From: Octopus sinensis | Lineage: Eukaryota | Assembly (NCBI RefSeq): GCF_006345805.1 | Contig: NC_043008.1 | Location: 19,406,001-19,470,000 of the forward strand | Direction: 5' to 3' | Length of the DNA stretch: 64,000 nucleotides | Shown: positions 1 to 11,488 of the stretch, in pieces | Position numbering within the stretch: the stretch's first letter is position 1 | How the letters are laid out: every line of letters begins with the position of its first letter | The notes under the pieces: generated by a model | Seen by the model: only the letters and a program-made list of their open reading frames with translations | Database searches by the model: none | Told to the model about the DNA's origin: nothing | Translations under genes and position numbers: made by a program

Positions 1-71
1 TACTTCGATCACAGCACCAGTAACAGTTAAGCTTCTGGCAATGGCCATACTCGATAACGAGGGGGCAGCCA

Positions 72-83
72 TAATATATATAT

Positions 84-153
<70 letters not shown>
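72..153. repeat. (TA)n followed by (GA)n microsatellite
   Basis: Direct reading. Confidence 0.95.
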
Positions 154-251
154 GTGGGAGAATTGCGTGTATATGAGAGAAACGGTAACACAGAGAAAGA
201 GTATAAGTATGATTGTTTTAAAAGGTTTATGATCGAACCCGGAGTAATGGC

Positions 252-706
252 TTACTTCGAGCTAGAACAATAAATCACCAGCTTAGCGAGGTCGCCAGCA
301 ATAATCAGGAGGAATGGTAAAATAATGAAGACAATCCCTATGTAACCAGCTGCCTGAGCGGAGATTCGATTATCTGGGGCGCTGATTTTTTTCCGAATGT
401 AACTAGACATATTTTTCTTCGGAATGGATAATTCTTTCGTCAGTTCTTGGAGATATATTTCCTCTTCCTCTTTAGTCCGGTTCACAGGAGTGGGGCATTT
501 ACACATACACATTTCTGGTTGGGTTGTTGGTTCCACCCGGTTCGTTGTAGTCTCTATCGTGCTCTCAACAGTCGACTCGACCGATTCCGTCGTAATCTCC
601 TCCTCGGGTTCTTCTGTAGTTACGAATACGGTTATCGAAGGTTCGGTGCTTGGGTCGGGCGTAGTTATTTCTGTGGTGTATATAGCGGTGGTTTCGTCAA
701 TGATGT
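252..706 (-). CDS. Terminal coding exon of a mucin-like (Thr/Glu-rich stalk) single-pass membrane protein; upstream exons not identified
   Basis: The acceptor ttttattcatttgttgcAG (AG = + strand CT at 707-708) opens a phase-1 exon DIIDETT..., and TAA is at 252-254. Order: T/E/P-rich stalk, CMCKCP, sequon NRT, ELSIPKKNMSSYIRKKISAPDNRISA, hydrophobic GYIGIVFIILPFLLIIAGD, short tail. The juxtamembrane block resembles uncharacterised molluscan membrane proteins (from recall, not searched). Confidence 0.75.
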
Positions 707-751
707 CTGCAACAAATGAATAAAATATCAAACAATTTGATTTCAGCGTCA

Positions 752-1149
752 GACATTATATATTTCTTTACTGCCCGCACAAGGGTCTAAACAGAGAGGG
801 GACAAACAAGGACAGACAAACGGATTAAGTCGATTATATCGACCCCAGTGCAAAACTGGTACTTTATTTATCGACTCCGAAAGGATGAAAGGCAAAGTCG
901 ACCTCGGCGGAATTTGAACTCAGAACGTAACGGCAGACGAAATAGCTATTTCTTTACTACCCACAAGGGGCTAAACACAGAGGGGACGAACAAGGACAGA
1001 CAAACTGATTAAGTCGATTATGTCGACCCCAGTGCGAAACTGGTACTTATTTAATCGACCCCGAAAGGATGAAAAGCAAAGTTGGCCTCGGCGGAATTTG
1101 AACTCAGAACGTATAAACAGACGAAATACCTATTTCTTTACTACAAGGG
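752..1149 (-). mobile_element. SINE group A, headless 2-unit tandem array
   Basis: Two ~185-bp units ggtatttcgtctg...gttcaaattccgccgaggtcgactttgcctttcatcc...aaagaaata on the minus strand, preceded only by a tail remnant (cccttgtagtaaagaaata). Confidence 0.85.
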
Positions 1150-1767
1150 TTTGTTCTGTTGATCGGATCAAATGTGACACTCGTCGTCGTAACTGACGGA
1201 GTAAAAGTTGCAGTAGATGGTCGATACTTCCTACAAATGTCACCTTGTTGCCTTAACCAACGACTAGCACGATCTGCCAAGATATTTCCATAGAGAATCA
1301 CTCAATGACATTAGATAACAAATCCCTGATGTTTACTTAGGCGATATTTTAGATAACTGGTGAATCAATTAACGAACACATCAAGACGTCTCTATGTTAC
1401 TATAAAAATATCACAATAGGCATGTTGTCTCATGATCCACTGAAATAAATATCGAACGAGAGTCAACAGATGACGTTACATAACGTAGCGAAAGTCGAGC
1501 ATTATTATTTTCCCATCTAATTCCGACTCTTTGCGTTTTGAGTTCAAAATCCACCAGGGTAAATTTTCCCCTTTCATTTCTTCGGGGTCGGTAAGACAGG
1601 TACCAGTTGAAATCTGGGGGTCGATGTAAACGACAAGTCACTCCTTAAAAAACTTCAAGCCTTAGCACTGTATGGAGCTGTGGAACACAAAGTCGTTTCT
1701 CTTGAAGGCTCTGGGTGAGACTTGGTATCAACTTGTACAAAAGCCAAGCATAAAATAATAATGATAA

Positions 1768-2186
1768 TAATGGCTTTAAATTTTGCCACAAGGGCAACCA
1801 TTTTGGGGAAGAGATAAGTCGATTACATCGCCCATAGTGTACTTAATTTATCGACCACCAAAGGGATGAAAGGCAAAGTTGACCTCCGTGGAATTTAAAC
1901 TCAGAACGCAGCGACGGGCGAATTATCTGTTAGCTCGCCGCCTTAATATAATGAAAATAATAATAGTAATGAACAACAATAATTCTTTCTACTGGAAGCA
2001 CAATGCCTCAAATTTGGGGGCCAAGGGATTAAGTCGATTACATCAATCCCAGTGTGTAACTGGGACTTATTTAATCGACCCTGAAAGGATGAAAGGTAAA
2101 GTCGACCTAGGGGGAATTTGAACTCAGAACGCAGCGACGGATGAAATATCACAAGGCGTGCTAACGACTCTTAAAGCTTGCCGCCT
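1768..2186 (-). mobile_element. Two SINE group A copies with the alternative tail (...ccccaaaa...ttgtggcaaaattt...(ATT)n)
   Basis: Head ggcggcgagc/ggcggcaagc at about 1945 and 2186, with the same body as other group A copies. Confidence 0.75.
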
Positions 2187-2207
2187 TAATATAATAATAA
2201 TAATAAT

Positions 2208-2307
2208 NNNNNNNNNNNNNNNNNNNNNNNNNNNNNNNNNNNNNNNNNNNNNNNNNNNNNNNNNNNNNNNNNNNNNNNNNNNNNNNNNNNNNNNNNNNNN
2301 NNNNNNN
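2208..2307. other. Assembly gap (100 N)
   Basis: Run of N between (AAT)n and (CAT)n tracts. Confidence 0.99.
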
Positions 2308-2310
2308 TCG

Positions 2311-2311
2311 C

Positions 2312-2380
<69 letters not shown>

Positions 2381-2485
2381 CATCATCACCATCACCATCA
2401 CCATCATTATCATCATCGTCGTCATCATCATCATCATTATTATTATTATTATTATTATTATCATTAGTAGTAGTAGTAGTAGTAG
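2311..2485. repeat. Compound trinucleotide microsatellite (CAT)n(TAT)n(TAG)n
   Basis: Direct reading; source of the spurious poly-D/S/M ORFs. Confidence 0.95.
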
Positions 2486-2805
2486 CAACGACTAGAGTGG
2501 CGAAGATTATGATAAACAAATAAAAATGTACAGAAAAAAACCAAGTCTAGAAAAAAAAAAAGAGAGAAACGTGAAACAAGGAAGAAAACAATAAAAAAAA
2601 CAAAGAAAAATGTACATATTTCTCAATGATTGCTTTGCAAAGACAAGACGGTGACCACTTCTCTTGATGGATTGTTTATCCGTTGAAAGTAATCTTTTAA
2701 GAAACGCAAACTGAATGTCAGAAAATAATATCAACATCCGTAAAACAATAATAAAAACAACAACAACAATAATCAGAGCAGAGCAGTCGCAACAGGAGCA
2801 ACGAC

Positions 2806-3193
2806 TTACTCTTTACTCTTTTACTTGTTTCAGTCATTTGACTGCGGCCATGCTGGAGCAACTCGACCCCGGGACTTATTCTTTTGTAAGCCCAGTACTT
2901 ATTCTATCGGTCCATTTTGCCGAACCGCTAAGTGACGGGGACGTAAACACACCAGCATCTATTGTCAAGCAATGCTAGGGGGACAAACACAGACACACAA
3001 ACACACACACACACATATATATGCATATATACGACGGGCTTCTTTCAGTTTCCGTCTACCAAATCCACACACAAGGCTTTGGTCGGCCCGGGGCTATAGC
3101 AGAAGACACTTGCCCAAGGTGCCACGCAGTGGGATTGAACCCGGAACCATGTGGTTGGTAAGCAAGCTACTTACCACACAGCCACTCCTGCGA
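2806..3193 (-). mobile_element. SINE group B, full length (~390 bp)
   Basis: tRNA-like head gcaggagtggctgtgtggtaag...gggttcaatcccactgcgtggcaccttgggcaagtgtcttc, internal (TA/CA)n, tail ccagcatggccgcagtcaaatgactgaaacaag(taaaagag)n. Octopus tRNA SINE families OK/OR1/OR2 exist, but I cannot say which one this is. Confidence 0.9.
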
Positions 3194-3321
3194 CTTATTT
3201 ATATTTAATGATAAGGTATCTTTTCATTTTTTTATACGTTCAGGGTAGATTCGAACGTGAATATCTGGTTGCTGTTATTTGCTATTGGAAAACATTTCAA
3301 GGAAGATGTCATTGTCACGGG

Positions 3322-4110
3322 AAGGCGGCGAGCTGGCAGAAACGTTAGCACGCCGAGCGAAATGCTTAGCGGTATTTCGTCTGCGGTTACGTTCTGAGTT
3401 CAAATTCCGCCGAGGTCGACTTTGCCTTTCATCCTTTCGGGGTCGATAAATTAAGTACCAGTTACGCACTGGGGTCGATGTAATCGACTTAATACCTATG
3501 TCTGTCCTTCTTTGTCCCCCCTGTGTTTAGCCCCTTGTGGGTAATAAAGAAATAGGTATTTCGTCTGCCGTTACGTTATGAGTTCAAATCCCGCCGAGGC
3601 CGACTGTGCCTTTCATCCTTTTAGAGTCGATTAAATAAGTACCAGTTACACACTGGGGTCGATATAATCAACTTAATCTGTTTGTCTGTCTTTGTTTGTC
3701 CCCTCTGTGTTTAGCCTCTTGTGGGAAGTGAAGAAATAGGTATTTTGTCTGCCGCTACGTTCTGAGTTCAAATTCCGCCGAGATCGACTTTGCCTTTCAT
3801 CCTTTCGGGGTCGATTAAATAAGTACCACTTACGCACTGGGGTCGATAAAATCAACTTAATCTGTTTGTCTGTCTTTGTTTGTCCCCTCTGTGTTTAGCC
3901 CATTGTGGGAAGTGAAGAAATAGGTATTTTGTCTGCCGCTACGTTCTGAGTTCAAATTCCGCCGAGGTCGACTTTACCTTTCATCCTTTCGGGGTCGATT
4001 AAATAAGTACCAGTTATGCACTGGGGTCGATGTAATCGACTTAATCCGTTTGTTTGTCCTTGTTTGTCCCCTCTGTCTTTAGCCCCTTGTGGGTAGTAAA
4101 GAAATAGATT
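3322..4110 (+). mobile_element. SINE group A, one head plus 4 tandem 184-bp units, 10-bp TSD
   Basis: Units start GGTATT at 3371, 3555, 3739 and 3923; TSD ttgtcacggg at 3312-3321 and 4111-4120. Confidence 0.92.
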
Positions 4111-4941
4111 TTGTCACGGGTTACCTGACAGCTTGCCAGTTGGCCCGGCGACAAAAACAATAAATTTCACATTCTCTCTCTTACATTTCTTTCAAGCAGT
4201 CTCTCACTACTCAGAAGAGAACTCTCACATTAGAATATCTTGTCACCGATTTGATACTCCAAAATCATTTGTCTCCCGGTTCTTCTGATGGCAGACACGC
4301 TTACATAATTTTACATACATTGCCTCATGGACACACACCCGCTCGCAGACAAACACCCTGAATAGAACGCGCTTACATGCATATAACTATTCACGAAAAC
4401 ACACGCAGATTGTACAAACGGAATATTCTCGTACATACGCAGATCGATCGTGATAAATTATTGTTTAAAAATATTATCTATTACCGTAATTTCTCCACAG
4501 GCATTTATGTGAATTCGTGAACTCCGACACTATTTCAACTTTTACATTCAGAAGAGCATTTCCATCTTTCAAGATGAACTTGTATACGACTTCATATAAT
4601 TTTCTCATTACATAATTAATTGCTGCTATTTTTATGACGTATTGAATTGTATTCATGAATATTTGAATTACATTCCTTTTTGTTACATCGGCTATTCATG
4701 TGTTATTACTGTCTGCATCCGATGCGATCGACTCACTTCTATTGAAAGAGTCACTTGACCATCTTAAATTTTATCAAATACTTCATGTCTTTCTCCTGAA
4801 TAATACAAATATAATTTATACACATAACGCGGAAGTTAAAAGTTTAGGCCGGTCATAGAGTGACCATTGGTTTCGCAGCTATAAAGCGCGTAGCAGTATA
4901 GGCGACACGCTAGACGCAAGTGGCTAAAGACGCCTTTCAAG

Positions 4942-5252
<311 letters not shown>

Positions 5253-5271
5253 TTATATATACATATATATT

Positions 5272-5756
5272 CAGGGTCAGGCAAAATGATCTGACACATT
5301 TGTAGGTTAAATAAAAGGCAAATGAAGTAAAGAAACAAAAAAGTGTTTTTATTTTTGAAAAGTACATATAATGCCATTTTGTTTCATTATGTTTAAAAAA
5401 TTAAATCAGTCAAATGGGATCCATTATTGTCCACACACTGTCGAAGGCGTGTGTGGCACAGTGAATAAGCAAAACTTCAGAAACTGGGCCGAGAACAACC
5501 CTCGTGAGTTGCATGAACGCCCTTTGCATTGTCCTCGGGTGACTGTATGGTGTACTGTGGCAGAATTCGGTATGTGGGGTCCGTACTTCTTCGAAGAAGA
5601 CAACGTTACAGTGACTGTGAACTCTGATCGATATTGTGAGATGCTAGAGACTTTTCTCAGACCAAAATTGAATATGCTTCACGATATGGACAATGTTTGG
5701 TTTCAACAGGATGGAGTAAAAGCCCACACTTCTCGACGTGCGATGGGGAACGCAGT
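5272..5756 (+). mobile_element. Tc1/mariner transposase remnant, most like the DD41D (rosa/Visitor) or DD37D group
   Basis: VNKQNFRNWAENNP...PLHCPRVTVWC...GPYFFEE...TVNSDRYCEML...WFQQDG..AHT; probable TIR start cagggtc at 5272 after a TA run. Confidence 0.85.
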
Positions 5757-6240
5757 GTAAATAACGGACAGAGTCGAGGCTATTGAAAAGGTTGCAAGGC
5801 GCAACGAAAATTTTAGGAAAATAAAAATAAGAAATAAGTGGAAATTTTACCGGTGAGTGTGTAAAATTATAAGGCACAAAAAGAAAATGACTCTCCCCCG
5901 GCACAACAGAAAAAAAATCATGTTATATCTGAATTTATTGAATGTTTAATATTTGACTACCACTCAATGTGCTTTGTTTTTTACAGTCTCTCTCTCTCTC
6001 TACTTTATACTCTTATTAGTGGCACGGCTCTTTATGCACTGAGCTGAAATTCCGCCGAAACCAGCTTTACTTTTCATTATTTCGGAGTCGATAAAATTAG
6101 TGTCGGTTGGTGTAATCGACTTAACGTACCTTCCTGACGTTTGTGGCTTTCTGACAAAATTTGAAACCAATACCAGTGACGGAAACTTGAGGCGGTTGAT
6201 ACTTATTTCTTGCAGTGCTTTCTTACTTCTTCCACTAAGT

Positions 6241-6334
6241 ATACATACACACACACACACACACACACACATACACACACACACACACATACACACACAT
6301 ATATATATGTATATATATACACACATATATATAT

Positions 6335-6365
<31 letters not shown>

Positions 6366-6382
6366 CACATATATATACGAAC

Positions 6383-6418
<36 letters not shown>

Positions 6419-6549
6419 CACACATATATATATATAAATATATACACACACACATACACATACATATATATATATACACATATATATATACGCACACACA
6501 CACACATATATATATACACACACACACACACGCACACACACATACACAC

Positions 6550-6581
<32 letters not shown>

Positions 6582-6605
6582 GCACACACACACACGCACA
6601 TGCAC
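6241..6605. repeat. Compound (CA)n/(TA)n microsatellite
   Basis: Direct reading. Confidence 0.95.
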
Positions 6606-6990
6606 ACATGTTTATCTGACTGCAGGCCAAGATGTGGCTGAGCAGAATTAAGACACATTAATATCAGAAATGCAATGTCAAAGAAAGGCCAACATAAAAA
6701 TAACATTTGTGGTTAGTGAGATTTATCAGTTTCTCATAATGCTGTCGTAAAGCTCCATGTTGGAGAATAAAACCGGTATAAGACATTCCTTTTATATACT
6801 TAAACCCTTAAGAAGATTTCAACGAAGGATTACAGTTTAATGGAGTCTCACTAGTTACAGTGAAGCAGTGAATTGTCTCAGGTGATAATAGATAGTTACA
6901 GCTAGGTGGACTGACTGGCCAACATAAAACAAAGCAAGAAAAAAACCCAAAAAACCTCCCCAAAAATAAAAAAATGCAAAACGAAAATAA

Positions 6991-7114
6991 TAGGCGCAGG
7001 CTGTGTGGCTGTGTGGTTATGTGATAAGAAAAAATGCTTCCCAACCTCACGGTCCCGAGTTCATTTCCACTGCGTGGCACCTTGGCTTAGTGTCTTTTAC
7101 GCTATAGCCCCAGG
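6991..7114 (+). mobile_element. SINE group B head only (diverged)
   Basis: aggcgcagg...tggctgtgtgg...ccactgcgtggcaccttggc..agtgtctt...ctatagcccc. Confidence 0.75.
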
Positions 7115-7440
7115 AGCTCGTTGTGTACAAACACACACACAGACACATATATAATAGCCTGGGTTTCAAGGGCTCACAGTTTTTCAATATTCTCCCAAAG
7201 AGTCTGAGGAACTTGCACAAAGTAGATGTAGGGGTTTTCAAATCAAAGCTGGACCTCTTCCTGTCGAGAGTCCCAGATGAGCCTACCTCACGGCAAAAGG
7301 TGCAAATGAGGGTAGCTATATCTAACTCCATTCGTCATCAAGTGCCACATATTAGAGGAGGCTCCTAGTAATAAAAGTGTAGCGCAAAACGGCGGTGCAT
7401 CAGCATGGCCGCAGTTCTGAGCTGAAACTTAAAAAAGAAT
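7115..7440 (+). mobile_element. 3-prime end of a CR1/L2-group LINE
   Basis: NSLGFKGSQFFNILPKSLRNL...FKSKLDLFLSRVPDEP matches the post-RT C-terminal pattern of CR1-type LINEs; the 3-prime UTR ends ggcggtgcatcagcatggccgcagttctgagctgaaac. Confidence 0.75.
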
Positions 7441-7646
7441 ATATTAGATAATAAATCGTATGGTATGCACCAGATAGCTTACCGGTAAAGCATGTCTACT
7501 TTCACAGTGTTCGTTGGGTATTTGAAAAGCGAGAGACGGAAGAGGAAAGACACAGGAATGGTTATTAATCGCTAGAGTTGTTTCGACCCATCCTGCATCG
7601 ACCCCCTCACGTGTGTTGGATACTTAACAACTGGTATAGGAGTATC

Positions 7647-7879
7647 AAGGCGGCGAGCTGGCAGAAACGTTAGCACGCTGGGTGAAATGCGTAGCCGTAT
7701 TTCGTCTGCCGTTACGTTCTGAGTTCAAATTCTGCCGAGGTCGACTTTGCCTTTCATCCTTTCGGGATCGATAAATTAAGTACCAGTTACGCACTGGGGT
7801 CGATATAATTGACTTAATCCGTTTGTCTGTCCTTGTTTGCCCTCTCTATGTTTAGCCCCTTGTGGGTAGTAAAGAAATA
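7647..7879 (+). mobile_element. SINE group A monomer with 14-bp TSD
   Basis: TSD ggtataggagtatc at 7633-7646 and 7880-7893. Confidence 0.93.
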
Positions 7880-8534
7880 GGTATAGGAGTATCCAACGGT
7901 GTAGATGTGTCTCTTCAGGTGATTACAAGATCTAGTCCGTTAAAATTACGACTGTTCCGCAAGATATCTACTCATGGTTGTGTACAGAAAAGCTGCAAAT
8001 TAAAGAATATAGCTTCATTTTTATATAAGATCTATAATAAATAACAGATAAAAATGCATAAAAAATGCATAAAGTAACGAAAACACAATACAGCAAAAAA
8101 AAAAAAGTATCAAATATATCCGTTAACAGCTATGGATATATAAACGCCCTCGCTTAGGTTGTGTGGGGCACGTACACTTGCTCGTACAACATCTATGAAG
8201 ATATAAGCATATATCACAGCTCTTCAATGCCCCGATCGCAAAATTAAGAAGCCTACATAAGGTGGAAGGGATGTTTTCAAAAAGGAACTACACATTCTCC
8301 TATCCATGCCGACAGCCCGGTATGAGGGTAGCAGGTCAAACCCAATCATGCATCAAATGGGCCTACAACCAAGGGTAAACAACATACAGGAGTGGTGATT
8401 TGAAATTATACCATCCTGAAAAAGTCAGTCACAGAAGAATCATACGTGGAAGTATAAAATCATGATCCCAGAGATTAAAAGAAAGAATAAAAGAATGTGT
8501 GTGAGTGTCTATGCGTGTGTGTGTTTGCATTTAT

Positions 8535-8565
<31 letters not shown>

Positions 8566-8569
8566 TATG

Positions 8570-8644
<75 letters not shown>

Positions 8645-8649
<5 letters not shown>

Positions 8650-8778
8650 TCAAAGAGCAAGACCACAGTCGGCCGTATGCTAGAAATAGATCATCAACGA
8701 TCAAACTGTAGTTTGATCGTTGATGATCTATATCTAGCATTACGGCCGACTACCTAGTGGTCTTGCCCTTTGAATATA
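8645..8778. repeat. Long fold-back (about 64-69-bp arms, 2-nt centre)
   Basis: tatattcaaagagcaagaccac...gatcaaact|gt|agtttgatc...gtggtcttgccctttgaatata. Confidence 0.9.
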
Positions 8779-9299
8779 CACATGTATTAGAATTTTCTCT
8801 GATTTTTCAGATTTTTGTATGCTAGGCTACTGGTTTTAAATTGATATTAATTAAATTAATATTAAATTTATCTCCCTCATTAATTTATATATATATATAT
8901 ATATATACACTTTCATATATTCATGCATGCATTTATTTGTACACACACACACACACACACCACACACACACACATAACCAATGAGAGAATCTCCAAGTAA
9001 GCACTTGAACAGCTACAAATAATAGCGAACACTTCATATCCCAACTCAACAGCTGAATAAAACTAGTGAACACATCGGATAATAAAGTTATAAAATATTT
9101 TCTCTCTGAAAAATTATATAAAAGAGCCTGACTGTCATGACTGTTAAACTCATTTATAATGGCCGCTCAAATACAATGACAGCACACAATATGAAGTGCA
9201 GATTACAGAATTATCGTACAAAATCCTTATTTCTAACGGTGATGATTTCAATGTTAATCGCTTCTATCCCTCGCCCACTTTCATCTTTCGTTCGTGAAG

Positions 9300-9520
9300 A
9301 AGTGTGACTTCATTTGACATTGCTCCAGTCCACTCGGCAAAGATGAATAGTACTTGTATTTGAAAGGGCCAGCCTTGTCACATTCTGTGTCACGCTAAAT
9401 GTCCTTCAGAACTACGTCAAGAGTATGCATGTTCGTGAAGTGACTTGCGCGTTAGTTTCATGAGCAGGCTGTTCCGTTGAGCGGATCAACTGGAACACTC
9501 GCGTCGTAACCGACGGAATG
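9300..9520 (+). mobile_element. SINE group C, headless (body X plus tail 5)
   Basis: cttcatttgacattgctccagtccactc...cagccttgtcacattctgtgtcacgct...gtcgtaaccgacggaatgcc; related copy at 38178-38595. Confidence 0.65.
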
Positions 9521-9956
9521 CCAATTATTTTTTTCATCTCACGTTCTGTCTTTCTTTCTTTTCTCGTTCTTTCTCTGTCTTTCTTCCTTAGGTTGGCTCG
9601 TTCGTGGTTAAACGTGAATAAAACAACGAAAAACGTATTTGTGGGGACGAGAAAAAGAGTTAATACGGATGGATTGGCGTTGGTCATGGATGAAACGTGT
9701 AAACTGTGCGTGTAAAGATAAATATCCTACTTCAATATAGGTATGGACACGTTGACAAAACGAATTTGCGCTCAAAAGGGTAGTATCCAAATATTTCAAT
9801 TTTCGTGTACGGAAACTTTTTGAATGATTTACCCATCTCTAAGCACACTCAGCCTGTTCTACTTCCATTAGAATACGATCTAGAACATTCCTTCAACCTC
9901 CAGTTGATGTCATACGGAGTTGCTTCATCCTTTAGTTGCCAATATATACATAGAAA

Positions 9957-10535
9957 AAGGCGGCGAGCTAGCAGAATCGTTAGCACGCCGGGCGAAATAC
10001 TTAGCGGTATTTCGTCTTCCGCTACGTTCTGAGTTCAAATTCCGCCGAGGTCGACTTTGCCATAAATCCTTTCGGGTTCGATAAAGTACCAGTTACGCAC
10101 TGGGGTCGATATAATCGACTTAATCTTTTTGTCTGTCCTTGTTTGACCCCTCTTTGTTTAGCCCCTTGTGGGCAATAAAGAAATAAGGAACGTTAGCTCG
10201 CCGGGCGAAATGCCTAGCGGTATTTCGTCTGTCTTTACGTTTTGAGTTCAAATTCCGCTGAGGTCGATTAAATAAGTACCAGTTGAGCACTGGGGTCGAT
10301 ATAATCGACTTAATACCTATGTCTGTCCTTGTTTGTCCCCTCTATGTTTAGCCCCTTGTGGGTAATAATGAAATAGGTATTTCGTCTGTCTACGTTCAGA
10401 GTTCAAATTCTGCTGAGGTCAACTTTGTCTTTCATCCTTTCGGAGTCGATAAATTAAGCACCAGTTGCATACTGGTGTTGATCTAATAGACTGGCCCTCT
10501 CCCCAAAATTTTCAGGTCTTGTGCCTAGAGTAGAA
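9957..10535 (+). mobile_element. SINE group A composite array (3 partial or complete units, last with the alternative tail)
   Basis: Head aaggcggcgagctagcag at about 9957; repeated ggtatttcgtc units. Confidence 0.85.
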
Positions 10536-10927
10536 AAGAATATATACATAGCAAGCGTTGTAACAATACGCCTTTCCCGGAGGATATAAAACGCATCTAA
10601 TATTTTTGAACTTGCTCAGAAACCACAGACGTATTTCTAAATACGCGTCGTACAGGCGCTTCGCAGAGTTCGGCTTTTCTGTTGCATTCATCATTGATTG
10701 GTAACTCACTTCCAACTGTACATGAGCAAGTGCCTCTGCTAGCATTTTAGGGATAGTAACTAAAATATTTTTGACAAGCTGAGCGCGACCTTTCATATAT
10801 ATCTATCGAATAATTTTCTGCATATACAGCCTTGTGTAAAATGTTTATACAACTATATTCAATCATTTATTTATAGAGAGGGTGAGATTTTAAAAACTGA
10901 ATTATGGAAGACTAACCGATCATATGT

Positions 10928-11180
10928 GGAGGCGCGTGGCTTAGTGGTTAGGGTGTCAGCACCATGATCGTAAGATTGTGGTTTCGATTTCTGGACCGGG
11001 CGACGCGTTGTGTTCTTGAGCAAAAAACTTCATTTTAGGTTGCTCCAGTCCACTAAGCTGGCAAAAATGAGTAACGCTGCGGTGGACAGGCGTCCCGTCC
11101 AGCTGGGGAACACATACGCCATAGAAACCGGGAAATCGGGCCCATGAGCCTGGCTAGGCTTTAAAAGGGCGCATTTATTA
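10928..11180 (+). mobile_element. SINE group C (tRNA head, body X, tail 1)
   Basis: A-box tggcttagtgg, B-box ggtttcgatttc, ttgagcaaaaaacttcatttt...gctccagtccact, tail gaaaccgggaaatcgggcccatgagcctggctaggc. Confidence 0.85.
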
Positions 11181-11392
11181 TTTTTTATTTTTAACCGTTC
11201 ATATGTGAGTTGCTTGTGAATATATCTCCACCCACTCTCTCTGTATATATACATATACATGCAAACACGCACGCACACACACATGTATGTATATAGATAG
11301 TTGTGGCAGTTTACCAAGCGTCTTTGTGTACCTCTGTGTGCTTATATGTGTGCGCAAGAGCACAAACACGTTTGTACGTGTATACAGTTATA

Positions 11393-11393
<1 letters not shown>

Positions 11394-11488
<95 letters not shown>
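11394..11488. repeat. (TATC)n microsatellite
   Basis: Direct reading. Confidence 0.95.

Noticed and set aside
1104-1301. Thr-rich ORF or possible 129-nt phase-1 exon (1145-1273) of the mucin-like gene
   Set aside because: The Thr-rich part (1155-1202) is the antisense of SINE tail 5 (compare 9470-9520), and the donor (GTAGTA) is weak and comes from a SINE remnant.
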